A stretch of DNA of 64,000 nucleotides from Sedimentisphaeraceae bacterium JB056 (GTDB lineage: Bacteria > Planctomycetota > Phycisphaerae > Sedimentisphaerales > Sedimentisphaeraceae), in contig JBITAJ010000022.1 in NCBI GenBank assembly GCA_044440125.1, positions 160,001-224,000 of the forward strand, in the 5' to 3' direction. How positions within the stretch are numbered: position 1 is the first letter of the stretch; the number at the start of each line of letters is the position of its first letter. Shown here piece by piece: positions 30,343-40,608 of the stretch. A program made the position numbers and the translations under genes. A model generated the notes under the pieces. That model ran no database searches. It was not told where the DNA came from and was given only the letters and a program-made list of their open reading frames with translations.

Positions 30343-31494
30343 TCAGACAATTACACGTCTTAAGTGTCTATGGAGTGATATCAATATTTCATAACATATT
30401 GTTCCGGCAATATCAGCAAGCCCATAAGCACTTGCCGGTGATTTCTGGTCATCATCAATCACGGTAACCCAATCACCAACCTTAACCCCAGGTATATCCG
30501 TCACATCAACCATTATCTGATCCATGCAGACCCGACCGATTACCGGCGCAAACCCCTCTCCAATTCGCACCTTCGCTTTATTCGAAAAACTTCTTTGGTA
30601 GCCATCTGAATACCCAAAGGGCACAATAGCAGAAACCGTGTCTCTTTTTGTAAAATACGACCTGCCATAACTCACTGAACGACCTGCCGGTATACGTTTT
30701 AGCTGAACGATCGGTACTTGCAGCTGCATTACGGGGTACAAATCAATCGGCGGTTTTTTCTGCGATCTTGAATAATAGCCATACATTGCAATTCCGCATC
30801 TGGCCATATCAAAATGACTGTCTTGCAATTTCATAGTTGCCGCACTATTGGCTGAATGTATTATAACATCCTTGCGAGAATCTAATTTATACATTGCCAA
30901 AAATCTTTTAAAATTTTCAAGCTGCTCATATGCAAATGACAAATCATCCTCATCAGCAGTTGCAAAATGTGTATAAACGCCGGCAAGCTTCAAATTTTGA
31001 CTTGAATCTATTATTTCAATGACCTTGCCTGCATTGACAGGCTCAATCCCTAAGCGGCCCATGCCGGTTTCAATATTAATATGTATATTGAGCTTGATAT
31101 TGGCTTCAGATGCCTTGGCCGCAACATGCTCGGCAGCATCTATTCCGCAAATCGCACAATGATAATCATTCTCTGCACAGAGGGTCAAATGTTCAGTACT
31201 TGTTGACTGATTCAATGGTTCAAATATAAGTATTCGCTGATGAGCTCTTATAACAGGACTAATATGAATTGCCTCAAAAACATTAGCAACGGCAAAAAAA
31301 TCAACAGGTTCGTCCCTGAGTATACTAACCACTTCCGTTGCACCATGCCCGTAAGCATTAGCTTTGACTACGGCACAAAATTTAGTTTCTGGTCTGCAAA
31401 GGGAGCGGAGATTGGCAACATTTTGCCGCAAACGCTGTGAATATATATTAACTTTAAGATCATTGCGGAAAAGCTTATTGTCATCCAATGACAT
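30343..31494 (-). CDS. alr: Alanine racemase
   Basis: AVVKANAYGHG PLP lysine, ETGMGRLG, THFA.AD, GRVCMDQ. Confidence 0.96.
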   Translation of the reverse strand: MSLDDNKLFRNDLKVNIYSQRLRQNVANLRSLCRPETKFCAVVKANAYGHGATEVVSILRDEPVDFFAVANVFEAIHISPVIRAHQRILIFEPLNQSTSTEHLTLCAENDYHCAICGIDAAEHVAAKASEANIKLNIHINIETGMGRLGIEPVNAGKVIEIIDSSQNLKLAGVYTHFATADEDDLSFAYEQLENFKRFLAMYKLDSRKDVIIHSANSAATMKLQDSHFDMARCGIAMYGYYSRSQKKPPIDLYPVMQLQVPIVQLKRIPAGRSVSYGRSYFTKRDTVSAIVPFGYSDGYQRSFSNKAKVRIGEGFAPVIGRVCMDQIMVDVTDIPGVKVGDWVTVIDDDQKSPASAYGLADIAGTICYEILISLHRHLRRVIV

Positions 31495-31495
31495 A

Positions 31496-32224
31496 TTAAC
31501 TCCTGACTATATCAATCCATAGCCTGAATAACTCATAGAATGCCCGAAGTATCACGAAAGGATTGGCACCGGTTGCATGTCCATACTGACGAGGATAATG
31601 TTTAACGGGCATCTGAATTATCTTATAGCCCTTACGAACTGCACGTGCAAGAATTTCAGTGTCTATCAAAGCACCGGTACTTTTGAGCTCAAATGTGTCA
31701 AATATTTCTCGTTTATACAGCTTAAACGCACAATCAACGTCCTTGCCAGGCATATTGAACATAAATCCGATTAAAGCCGACCAGCAAACGGCGTTGAATT
31801 TGCGTATAAAGCCTTCGCTTCTATTACTGCGATAACACGATACAATATCGCAGCCACCTTCAATTGTCGTCATCAGTTCCACAACCCCGACAAGCTCAGA
31901 GAGATCAAATTGACAATCACCATCTGTATAAAAGACATATTCCTTGGTCGCAGCCTCAAATCCACTTCTCAGAGCAGAACCGTATCCTTTATTTGTAGGA
32001 TGATGAACAACCTTTACATCTTCATGACGGCCGGCAAGGTCATCAAGAAGCTCCCTGCTGCCATCAGTACTACCATCATTGACAATGATTATCTCGTAAT
32101 CATCCGAAACCTCTGGAATCACACGCTGGGCATCAGCAACCATTCTTGCGATATTTCCAACTTCATTATAACAAGGAAAAAAAACACTTAACGGTATCTT
32201 ATTGCCAACTCTAATTCCAGTCAT
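31496..32224 (-). CDS. GT2 glycosyltransferase (DPM-synthase-like)
   Basis: PCYNE, VNDGSTDGS, NKGYGSALRSG, TDGDCQF. Confidence 0.9.
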   Translation of the reverse strand: MTGIRVGNKIPLSVFFPCYNEVGNIARMVADAQRVIPEVSDDYEIIIVNDGSTDGSRELLDDLAGRHEDVKVVHHPTNKGYGSALRSGFEAATKEYVFYTDGDCQFDLSELVGVVELMTTIEGGCDIVSCYRSNRSEGFIRKFNAVCWSALIGFMFNMPGKDVDCAFKLYKREIFDTFELKSTGALIDTEILARAVRKGYKIIQMPVKHYPRQYGHATGANPFVILRAFYELFRLWIDIVRS

Positions 32225-32228
32225 AGCC

Positions 32229-34511
32229 TCACCAATTATACTCTTTCATTAATTCTTTTCTTTGATCAGCAAGCTGACCTGCAAACTTTGTATAAGTAGC
32301 GGCTTTTTGCGGCTCTTTACTTGCAGCATTCTTGCTGATATAATTAAGAGCCATTATAACATTTGTAATTTTTTCTGCAAATCCATCTTCATTTTTATAT
32401 TTCTCTTCGTTTGAAATATAATCAGAAACCATTGATTTGCAGTAATCATATATCTTGTCCTGAAGCTCAGGAGTTCGTCCGCAATTAAACAAGTAATTCA
32501 AGGCAGTTGCCGACCCTGTATCTTCAAACGCCTTTGATGCCAACTCAAATGCTCTCTGTGAATTAGAGCCAGCCAAATATGCCGCTTTAACAATATCCCT
32601 GTAACTTTCATCAGGGAAAACAGTTTTCCCATCGAATACTCCATCAAGCAAAGCTTTACCTCTTGAATCCTGTACGTTTACAAGCATTGTTTGCGAACTA
32701 TCTGAATAAACCATCTTCCAGTTCAAACGTGAAGTCATAGCTCGCATGAAAAGACCTTTTTGCTGATTGGCCGGCATCAAAATAATCCAAACTTGATACT
32801 CTTTAAGCTTATTATCAAGGTATTCCGCAACCTCGGCAAGCTTTTGCCGGAATTCTGCTTTTGAGCCACTTTTCGATAGAGCCGCAAGCTCTTTGCCTTT
32901 GTCACCACCTGATAAGATATTAACATTATACTCTTGAAACATTTCAATATCATAAGCAGCCTGCGCCCTGCCATCCATGAACAATTTCAAAGGAATCTCA
33001 CCTGTCTCTGGATCCGGAGTCTGGCAATAAGCAACGAAACCTCCTTCAGTCCAATAATTGAGCATATGTCCTGATAGATTATTCTCTCTTATAAAATCAC
33101 ATGCGCGGAATGGTTTGGCGTAAGAAGCAGTCATCCGCATAAAGACACTTGTCTTTTCTTTATCTATCGGCCAGGGATCAAGATATATCTTCTTGTACTT
33201 AATTCCGATTATCGCTCCAAAAACAATCACCCCAACCAATAAAGCTGCGGAAATTACAACTGAGAAAGAGGAAGCACCATTTTTGCCTTTTTCACTGCCC
33301 GAACGCTTTCTGCTAAGAATCATTTCATACATCTGTGTAAGCATCATTGCAAGCACCGGAACAAGCGTATAGGCTGCAATTGGAATAAATCGTCTCGAAC
33401 GAATCGCCATTCCACAAGTGAATAATGCTATAAACAGTGGAATTATCGGCCAAGCGGGCCACTGATATCTATTTTCATAATTACCAGCTGAACTATCAGA
33501 GACAGCAGGCCTTAACATTCCCCAAAGCCAAAACCAAGCAAAGATAAAAAACAAACCAATAAAAAACATCGCAACAAAAGGTTTAGACACTCCTACCGGA
33601 TTACTAAACTCAAAAGCACTATGCCACTCATTAACATTTTTCCACTCTTTTGCATGTTCACTAACCGTAATAATGAAAGTATGCGTAAGGTTTGTAAGAT
33701 GATACGGATTGAATATTACCATCGCAATAAATGAAAACAAACCCGCAAAGAAGGTGTGCAAGAGAAGACCTCTTGGGACAGTGCCTAATATTTTCCATTT
33801 AAGATGGCTGGCAACAAAATAATAAAGCCAGAAAGGCACTATTATTATGAAAGCATATAGGTATCCGCCGTGAACGTTGGACCAGAAAACAAGCAGAGGC
33901 ACAAGCAAATAGATATAAACGGTTCGTTTATGTACAGCAAGAAGCAAGATGTAAACATACAACGGCACAAGCATGTTGGAAAAAACAGCCGGCCTGATAT
34001 CAATAAAACTTCGCGATACATACATTGCCCAGCAAGTAAGCACGGCACTTATAAGCCGACCTGCCCCCAAAAGCCTCGAAGAAAAATACAGGCATATTAT
34101 AACCAACAGATTAATAGCAAATTTCCAGAACACAAGCATATTGTACGCCGGCTCCTGTTCTGAGCCAAAGACAGTCGTTAATTTGTAGAAAATAACCTGC
34201 GTAAGCCAGTTTTGGTTAACCCATCCAGTAGGATGCCACTTCTTTATCAAAGGTTGGAGCCACTGAGGATACTCTTCCAATTGTTCATCAGTAGGCCCAG
34301 CATCATGAGAATTAAAGCTGAAAGGCTCTACCGTATCAACACCATGATTTACAAAGTGCCTGCCACAGGCCATCGCAACCCATGTATCGCCGGCAGCTAC
34401 CATATGAGTGCAGGCGTGGAAGGCAAATATAATCATTGCCACCCACGCCGTGCATTTAACTAATAAAATAGTCTTGTCTTTTGTTTGATTTTCGCTCAGG
34501 AGCTCAGCCAT
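32229..34511 (-). CDS. Polytopic membrane protein, probable GT-C-fold glycosyltransferase
   Basis: DTW...GR loop after TM1, IRP, WSNVHGG, NPY, EW, RRF, FMDGR motifs; directly upstream of GT2. Confidence 0.6.
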   Translation of the reverse strand: MAELLSENQTKDKTILLVKCTAWVAMIIFAFHACTHMVAAGDTWVAMACGRHFVNHGVDTVEPFSFNSHDAGPTDEQLEEYPQWLQPLIKKWHPTGWVNQNWLTQVIFYKLTTVFGSEQEPAYNMLVFWKFAINLLVIICLYFSSRLLGAGRLISAVLTCWAMYVSRSFIDIRPAVFSNMLVPLYVYILLLAVHKRTVYIYLLVPLLVFWSNVHGGYLYAFIIIVPFWLYYFVASHLKWKILGTVPRGLLLHTFFAGLFSFIAMVIFNPYHLTNLTHTFIITVSEHAKEWKNVNEWHSAFEFSNPVGVSKPFVAMFFIGLFFIFAWFWLWGMLRPAVSDSSAGNYENRYQWPAWPIIPLFIALFTCGMAIRSRRFIPIAAYTLVPVLAMMLTQMYEMILSRKRSGSEKGKNGASSFSVVISAALLVGVIVFGAIIGIKYKKIYLDPWPIDKEKTSVFMRMTASYAKPFRACDFIRENNLSGHMLNYWTEGGFVAYCQTPDPETGEIPLKLFMDGRAQAAYDIEMFQEYNVNILSGGDKGKELAALSKSGSKAEFRQKLAEVAEYLDNKLKEYQVWIILMPANQQKGLFMRAMTSRLNWKMVYSDSSQTMLVNVQDSRGKALLDGVFDGKTVFPDESYRDIVKAAYLAGSNSQRAFELASKAFEDTGSATALNYLFNCGRTPELQDKIYDYCKSMVSDYISNEEKYKNEDGFAEKITNVIMALNYISKNAASKEPQKAATYTKFAGQLADQRKELMKEYNW

Positions 34512-35686
34512 TTTTCGAGTCTGTCGATACCTTCCTTGATATTATCCATAGAACATGCGAAACTTAATCTAACATTATTGTCACAACCAAAAGGTCCACC
34601 CGGGACAAGTGCAACATTGGCTTGTTCAAGAAGGTTTTTGGCAAAGTCCATACTGTCGTTGATTACATTGCCGCCAATAGTCTTGCCATAATAGCTGCTC
34701 ACATCAGGGAAACAGTAGAAAGCACCTGTCGGCTGGTCGCAACTAACGCCATCAATAGCATTCAGTCTTTCGCACATATAACCGGCACGCTTCTCAAACT
34801 GCTGTCTCATCTGCTCTACAACATCACCTGTGTCCTTATAGGCTGCAACAGCAGCATACTGAACAAAGCTGACAGGGTTCTGAGTCATATGAGACTGTAA
34901 ACGTCCCATCGCAGAAATCACATCCTGAGGTCCCGCAGCATAGCCAACTCTCCAGCCTGTCATAGCGTATGCTTTACTAAAACCGTTTACAGTAATTGTA
35001 CGATTATACGCATCTTCGCTTATTGAAGCAAAACTCTTAAATTCTGTACCATTATAAACAAGCTTTTCATATATTTCATCAGAAAGAACCATAATATCAG
35101 TTCCTTCAAGAACTTTCGCCAATTCCGCAAGCTCCTGCGGTGTGTAAGTGAAACCGCCCGGATTGCTCGGTGAATTGAGTAAAAACATTGCTGTTTTATC
35201 GGTGATAGCTTCTTTAAGCTGCTCAGGAGTAATCTTATAGCCATTCTCTTTGCTTGTTGATACTGGAACAAATACACCGCCTGCAAGCTTAACTGCCTCT
35301 GGGTAAGTTACCCAATAAGGTGTAGGCACGATTACCTCGTCGCCATCATCAATAATCGCCTGCATAGTTGAATAAACAGTATGCTTTGCACCAATATTTA
35401 CAATAATCTGACTTGCGCCATAATCAAGACCGTTATCTTTCTTAAGCTTATCGGCAATAGCCTGACGAAGCTCAGGTATACCTGGCGTAGCCGTGTAACC
35501 GGTCTTGCCTTCGTTAAGCGCTTTGATAGCGGCATCTTTGATAAATTGAGGGGTATCAAAATCCGGTTCGCCTGCACCAAAACCAATAACGTCTTTACCT
35601 TGAGCCTTGAGCTCCTTAGCTCTGGAAGCCACTGCCATAGTAGCAGACGCAGGCACAGCCATAGCTCTTTTGCTTATTTTTGCCAT
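34496..35686 (-). CDS. aspC: Class I PLP aminotransferase (aspartate aminotransferase-like)
   Basis: GEPDFDTP, NSPSNPGG, SDEIY, SKAYAMTGWRVGY. Confidence 0.9.
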   Translation of the reverse strand: MAKISKRAMAVPASATMAVASRAKELKAQGKDVIGFGAGEPDFDTPQFIKDAAIKALNEGKTGYTATPGIPELRQAIADKLKKDNGLDYGASQIIVNIGAKHTVYSTMQAIIDDGDEVIVPTPYWVTYPEAVKLAGGVFVPVSTSKENGYKITPEQLKEAITDKTAMFLLNSPSNPGGFTYTPQELAELAKVLEGTDIMVLSDEIYEKLVYNGTEFKSFASISEDAYNRTITVNGFSKAYAMTGWRVGYAAGPQDVISAMGRLQSHMTQNPVSFVQYAAVAAYKDTGDVVEQMRQQFEKRAGYMCERLNAIDGVSCDQPTGAFYCFPDVSSYYGKTIGGNVINDSMDFAKNLLEQANVALVPGGPFGCDNNVRLSFACSMDNIKEGIDRLEKWLSS

Positions 35687-35860
35687 TAAATCCTCTAAAA
35701 ATTAACTACTCTCTTTATACTGTAACTACACAGCTTGGTTTACATAACCACAAAATCGCTATATTAGAGCATTTTTCATTGTCAAGGTCAAGAAAAAAGA
35801 AGGGATGAATCCTGCCTTTTTATTTCTTTTGGATTTAGAGTCGCAAAAAGCAAGAAATTT

Positions 35861-35903
35861 AAAACAAATAAAGCCCGTAAGCGATTAAACTTACAGGCTT
35901 TAT
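35861..35903 (-). terminator. Terminator after tRNA-Lys
   Basis: ATAAAGCCTGTAAG/CTTACGGGCTTTAT stem (one G-U on minus strand) followed by TTGTTTT. Confidence 0.8.
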
Positions 35904-35907
35904 ACCA

Positions 35908-35980
<73 letters not shown>

Positions 35981-35994
35981 GAATGAGAGAGCAT

Positions 35995-36022
35995 ATGATA
36001 TTAAAAAGTATCAGCGAATCAA
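35995..36022 (-). promoter_or_regulatory. Putative tRNA promoter
   Basis: TTGATT-N16-TATCAT. Confidence 0.5.
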
Positions 36023-36047
36023 GAACTTTTTCTCATTTTTTCAACAA

Positions 36048-39000
36048 TTACCGACAGACTCGAAAGCCGTATTGGTTTGTTGTCGTTTCCGGAGTATTCG
36101 TACTTCTGTGCGAGACGCTGCAATCAATATAATTACTTGCCCAACTTCCTCCCCTTAGCACCTTCTCGTATCCAATAGAACTTGCGGTCCATTCCATTGC
36201 ATTGCCGCTCATATCACAAAGTCCGTAGCCATATTCAAAGAAATATCCTTCAGGATTTGTAAACGGCATTTCCGAGAATTGGATTGGATTATTCAATCCA
36301 AAGTTTGCCTGCATAGGGTCAATCATAAGGCCGCAACCATAAATATATGTACCGTCATAATCTGCCACAGCCTGCCACTCCCATTCGGTCGGAAGCCTTA
36401 CTCCGTAATAATCGCAGAACGCCTGAGCTCCATACCAGCTCACTTCGACGACCGCAAAGTCTTCCATATCATAAGCATCATGCGGACGCACACGAAACGT
36501 GCCGTCGTATGTTATCATGCTATAAACGCTCAGAGTGTACAGCACATCACCAGTCAATGAATACACGTAAGCTCCCTGAACATTAATTAATCCTTCAGTC
36601 ATAGCATTGTTAAGAAAACGGCAATATTGACCATTAGAAATCTCGTATTTGCCCATTTCACCTGCAAAACCTTCATGTCCCGGTACGCCCGGATCCTGAA
36701 TGTATACCCATTCAATATCAATTGGCGCAGGCTCTCGGTCAAGCCACTGACCAGCCATAGCAGACATGTCACCGATATTATCATTGCCATCATGATCTAT
36801 ATCCGCAAATATGCACCACTGCGGGGCTGTACAAGACTCAAGCCAACAAGAAGTCAGAGCATGAAGATCATAGATATCTACAAATCCATCTTTTGCTCCA
36901 ATACCGCTAATACTCGCTATGTCACCATAATAATGCGTCAAATCGCTGTTTATGCAAAGCTCTATATAGCCGTCTTGCATACTAATATCGTAATACGACT
37001 GCTCAACAACGATGTAATATCTACCGGACATTTCGGCATGCCACCAGAATTCTTCACCATACCAATATTCAAATTCAAAAACTTCAGTATCGCCATCAGG
37101 TGCATAGATAGCGATATCCATATTACCTAGATTAAATATATTCATACTGAAACTGTAGTTCATTCCCGCAATAGCATCAAATGCAAAGATCGCCGGTGCG
37201 AACATGTCACCACCTAAATCAGCGATTCCACAATCGCCAGGCATCAATATCTGAGGATATTGCAAATCCAGCCCCACACCAAACACTTGTGGCTGCCACT
37301 GGCTGACCTTAACTATGTCTTCAATCGCCAGACACTCAAGTTCAAATGGATTTTCAAAACCAAATACCGGGGTAAAAGCACGTACATAGCCTTTCCACCC
37401 AAGACCTATGCCCTGAAGTACAAAATCTCCAGCCTGGTCAATGCGGGTACAGCTCACACGGCTGTCCTCAGGTGAGCAAATATCCGTAAAGGCTTCAACA
37501 AAAATCGGTGTATCAGAGCTGAATCCCTCGGCCGCCACATTGCCGTAAATATTCCCAAGCGGTCCTACTCGAATGTGTGTTTCGTTGATATCGCCGTCCT
37601 CACGAATAAAATCGGAAACTTCATAGGAATTTACCGACACATACTTGCCTATTAACATAGGGCAATAGTCATATAAGTCGATATTGAACTGAAGCCCCCT
37701 TTCAGTGAACATTGCATAATAATATCCGCCAGCAGGCATATTCCAGTCCCCATAACAGCCGTCATTGTTCCATTCAAAAACATCCATCTGAATATAATCT
37801 ATTCCCTGAACACTAAGAACTATCTTTATGGTCCCCTCTACCTCTTCAGCACCGGGTGTGTAAGAGAATATTATCTCATATTCCCGCGCATAATATTCAA
37901 ATTCAAGGTCATTAAAAACAATTTCACCCGAGAACAAACCTTCCGACATTGCCATATAAAGCCTGTCAATATCAAGATTGCCCGATGCATCACTGTCCAC
38001 ATCACCTGCTATATCCTGAAAGACTATCTGCTTATCGAACCAGAAGGCCGTCATATTATAGCCATAGTAGCTTTCGTATATCCTTTGCCAGGCGTAAAGC
38101 TCTGGTATCATGAACTCACCTTCTGGCTGCAAATTATAATCCATCTGCCAGGTCTGCTGCGTAAAATCAGGCAACGCGCCACCAAGTGTAGCGTCATTTC
38201 CAAGACCGGCACCTACTGTATCCGGAAGCGGAGCGTTCGTTCGGTCAAACTCAGGCAACAAGTCACGAAGGCTCAGCGGGTCGGGGTAGCGAGGAGTAGA
38301 GCCGTATATTGGATTGGGATCAAATGCCAATTTCTCTGCCTCAACATCACCAAGCATACCGCTTATATTATAAAGCTCGCCGGAAGTACTGCCCCAGTAA
38401 TTGACATAACCGTCAGTCAAAACGGCCTTATCATTGTCAAGAGTGATAATCATATAGCCCCCACCCAAGTACATAGGAGTAACGGCTTCGAGTTCAAGCT
38501 CGAATACACCGGACTGATAAGCATAAACATCCGAAACATCCCACGCAGGAGGAAGATTTGGAGCCTGTATGGAAAGATAGCCGCCAATCGGCTGTTCTAT
38601 CAAATCAAACTCAAGAAAGAGAGTACCTATTGAAAAACTACCACCCGAAAGCTCGTAAGTTCTGTAAGTCTCCATATCATAAAACTCAAGGCCATCATTG
38701 GATAGAGAGTCTCTCAACTGTGAAAGTTTGCCTATAGCTGCCTGTGCCAAAGGAATATCTTCCGGAGCTATGTATATGAATCTTTGCGTGTCAGGCTGAT
38801 AGAAATCATCATTGATAATGTAATCCATAGCATCGATCGTGTAGCCAATGGCAGCAATTAAATCAGATGCGGCCTGAGCAAGAACATCTTTACCATTTGC
38901 CGGGTCGTTACTGGTCGGCAGGAGCCGGAGAAAATCGGGATTGGAAATTAGCAAGTCATCATTTATCGAAAAACAATCGGCATATAACTTTTCGATAATA

Positions 39001-39647
39001 ATATCAATATTGGAAATTTGCTGATCGTATGCACCCGGGGAATTTAACGACGATTTCGTAAACAAAAGCATCCCCTTCAAAATAAGAACCTCTCCATAAC
39101 CAATACGTACATTCATCATCATACCTGTTTGAGAAGGCGTAAATATAACCTCAAACTCATCACCTTCAGGACTGTCGATCTGGTCAAGCACGTCTATGAT
39201 TGCATCAATCTCGGGCATGAGCCAGCTGTCAAGAGTATCTCCAACGGTCTGCATGTCAGGTGCATCTGCGGGTATCTCATATCGGCCGCGATTGTTCTTT
39301 GGGTATATAAACCTCTGCATCCGTGTATCGGTGTAATCTCCCGACAGTTCAAGGTCATATTCACGGATCAGCTCCAGAAAACTGTTCATGCTGCCGCCGT
39401 CATCGCGAACGAAAAGCATTCCGGTACGGCTAAGGGCATTGAGAAAAAGAAGTTCTCGGGTTTGCGGAAACTGCGGGTCAGAAAGAGCCTGATGAGTACT
39501 TTCATAAGCATCCCTTATACCGCTGATTGTTCTCTCAGACAACGAACTTTTTGCATCATCAATATAGTCTGCTAAAATTATACCCTGAAAAGTCAAACAA
39601 AACACTGAAATCACCAAAAACAATCTCACCAATCTGTATTTACACAT
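36048..39647 (-). CDS. Large secreted acidic protein: unassigned N-terminal region, PPC-like domain, dockerin-like pair, C-terminal FGE-sulfatase/SUMF1-fold domain
   Basis: ATG at 39647 follows AAGGAG and begins a signal peptide; RLPTEWEW, YGLCDMSGNAMEW, RGGSW, GFRV. Confidence 0.8.
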   Translation of the reverse strand: MCKYRLVRLFLVISVFCLTFQGIILADYIDDAKSSLSERTISGIRDAYESTHQALSDPQFPQTRELLFLNALSRTGMLFVRDDGGSMNSFLELIREYDLELSGDYTDTRMQRFIYPKNNRGRYEIPADAPDMQTVGDTLDSWLMPEIDAIIDVLDQIDSPEGDEFEVIFTPSQTGMMMNVRIGYGEVLILKGMLLFTKSSLNSPGAYDQQISNIDIIIEKLYADCFSINDDLLISNPDFLRLLPTSNDPANGKDVLAQAASDLIAAIGYTIDAMDYIINDDFYQPDTQRFIYIAPEDIPLAQAAIGKLSQLRDSLSNDGLEFYDMETYRTYELSGGSFSIGTLFLEFDLIEQPIGGYLSIQAPNLPPAWDVSDVYAYQSGVFELELEAVTPMYLGGGYMIITLDNDKAVLTDGYVNYWGSTSGELYNISGMLGDVEAEKLAFDPNPIYGSTPRYPDPLSLRDLLPEFDRTNAPLPDTVGAGLGNDATLGGALPDFTQQTWQMDYNLQPEGEFMIPELYAWQRIYESYYGYNMTAFWFDKQIVFQDIAGDVDSDASGNLDIDRLYMAMSEGLFSGEIVFNDLEFEYYAREYEIIFSYTPGAEEVEGTIKIVLSVQGIDYIQMDVFEWNNDGCYGDWNMPAGGYYYAMFTERGLQFNIDLYDYCPMLIGKYVSVNSYEVSDFIREDGDINETHIRVGPLGNIYGNVAAEGFSSDTPIFVEAFTDICSPEDSRVSCTRIDQAGDFVLQGIGLGWKGYVRAFTPVFGFENPFELECLAIEDIVKVSQWQPQVFGVGLDLQYPQILMPGDCGIADLGGDMFAPAIFAFDAIAGMNYSFSMNIFNLGNMDIAIYAPDGDTEVFEFEYWYGEEFWWHAEMSGRYYIVVEQSYYDISMQDGYIELCINSDLTHYYGDIASISGIGAKDGFVDIYDLHALTSCWLESCTAPQWCIFADIDHDGNDNIGDMSAMAGQWLDREPAPIDIEWVYIQDPGVPGHEGFAGEMGKYEISNGQYCRFLNNAMTEGLINVQGAYVYSLTGDVLYTLSVYSMITYDGTFRVRPHDAYDMEDFAVVEVSWYGAQAFCDYYGVRLPTEWEWQAVADYDGTYIYGCGLMIDPMQANFGLNNPIQFSEMPFTNPEGYFFEYGYGLCDMSGNAMEWTASSIGYEKVLRGGSWASNYIDCSVSHRSTNTPETTTNQYGFRVCR

Positions 39648-39681
39648 AATGCAACTCCTTATAAATATAAGACCCAAAACT

Positions 39682-40422
39682 TTACCTGCAACATATCGAC
39701 AAATCTCTGCCCGTAGTAACCTCACCTTTCATTGATATCATACTCGGTCCATGAGCAATGAATTTATCGTTTTTTATATCCCATTCTATCTTATTGGCTC
39801 TGAGCCGCTGGCCCGAAATATAATTGACTTCGGCACCACCCTCCAAAAGAACCTTCATATCATCACCTGTAATACTTGCTCTGCGACTGCTTACGCGAAT
39901 AAATTCCATTCCAGTCTTTTCTATATAACAATCAAAATTAGAAACAAAAACAGAGAACACATTGCTCGTATCAAAATCCAGCTCAAAAATACCTCCCAAA
40001 ATACTCGCAAAACCTTCAACTTCGGCTGCCTTAGTAACCAAAGCTTCAGCTAACTCAGTACCAGCAGTCTGATCACTAACTTTGGGAGATTTACAATTCA
40101 GCATCAGGACGAGATCTTCAATATTTACAACCCGGTTCATGTAGCTACTGAAAAATGATAATTTGTGATTTTTAACAGTAAGATCCGAGGCAGAAAACTC
40201 GAGCTCATAATGTCTGCCATTTGATATAAATTCTCTTTGGAGCCAGCAGTTACCGCTGTTATTATATGTAGAGTCAATGGCTTTGAAGAATGAATCGCTA
40301 TTGGGTTGTTTATCTCCCTCATACAAAAAAAGACAAAAAAGAACTCCCACAAAAAGCTCAGACCCAATGGTTACATACAGCTTTCTGTTAAAAAGAAAAT
40401 GAGAACCCAACTTATTCCCCAT
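39682..40422 (-). CDS. Hypothetical membrane-anchored protein with possible LptC/OstA-like C-terminal beta-jellyroll
   Basis: ATG at 40422 follows GGAG; one TM; C-terminal S.RA.I......LEG..V.....L.ANKIEWD pattern. Confidence 0.5.
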   Translation of the reverse strand: MGNKLGSHFLFNRKLYVTIGSELFVGVLFCLFLYEGDKQPNSDSFFKAIDSTYNNSGNCWLQREFISNGRHYELEFSASDLTVKNHKLSFFSSYMNRVVNIEDLVLMLNCKSPKVSDQTAGTELAEALVTKAAEVEGFASILGGIFELDFDTSNVFSVFVSNFDCYIEKTGMEFIRVSSRRASITGDDMKVLLEGGAEVNYISGQRLRANKIEWDIKNDKFIAHGPSMISMKGEVTTGRDLSICCR

Positions 40423-40470
40423 TAATTGCTCCAACGCAAATATCACAAAAACCAACTGCAATAAATAAAT

Positions 40471-40498
40471 ATTATAGCAGTTTATTTTAAATAAACAA
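40471..40498 (-). promoter_or_regulatory. Putative promoter with extended -10
   Basis: TTGTTT-N16-TATAAT with TG immediately upstream (TGCTATAAT). Confidence 0.5.
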
Positions 40499-40523
40499 AG
40501 GAAATTAATCCCCCAAAGTACGT

Positions 40524-40555
40524 AAAAAAGCACACCTTTCATTAAAAGTGTGCTT
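40524..40555 (-). terminator. Terminator closing the glycan-utilisation locus
   Basis: AAGCACACTTTT-AATG-AAAGGTGTGCTT followed by TTTT. Confidence 0.75.
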
Positions 40556-40608
40556 AAAAACAAGAATTTCTTTCTGCTTAATTCTCAGCAAGCAAGACAA
40601 ACAAGTGA

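Noticed and set aside
36048..36730. SUMF1/FGE domain as the maturase for the two sulfatases
   Set aside because: It lacks the catalytic Cys pair after RGGS and is fused to a secreted surface protein
40423..40563. N-terminal extension of ORF 39682-40563
   Set aside because: Runs through a promoter-like sequence and the upstream terminator; ATG 40422 has an RBS. Starts were trimmed on similar grounds (RBS or signal-peptide position) at 4620, 28905, 39647, 43299, 52648 and 62663
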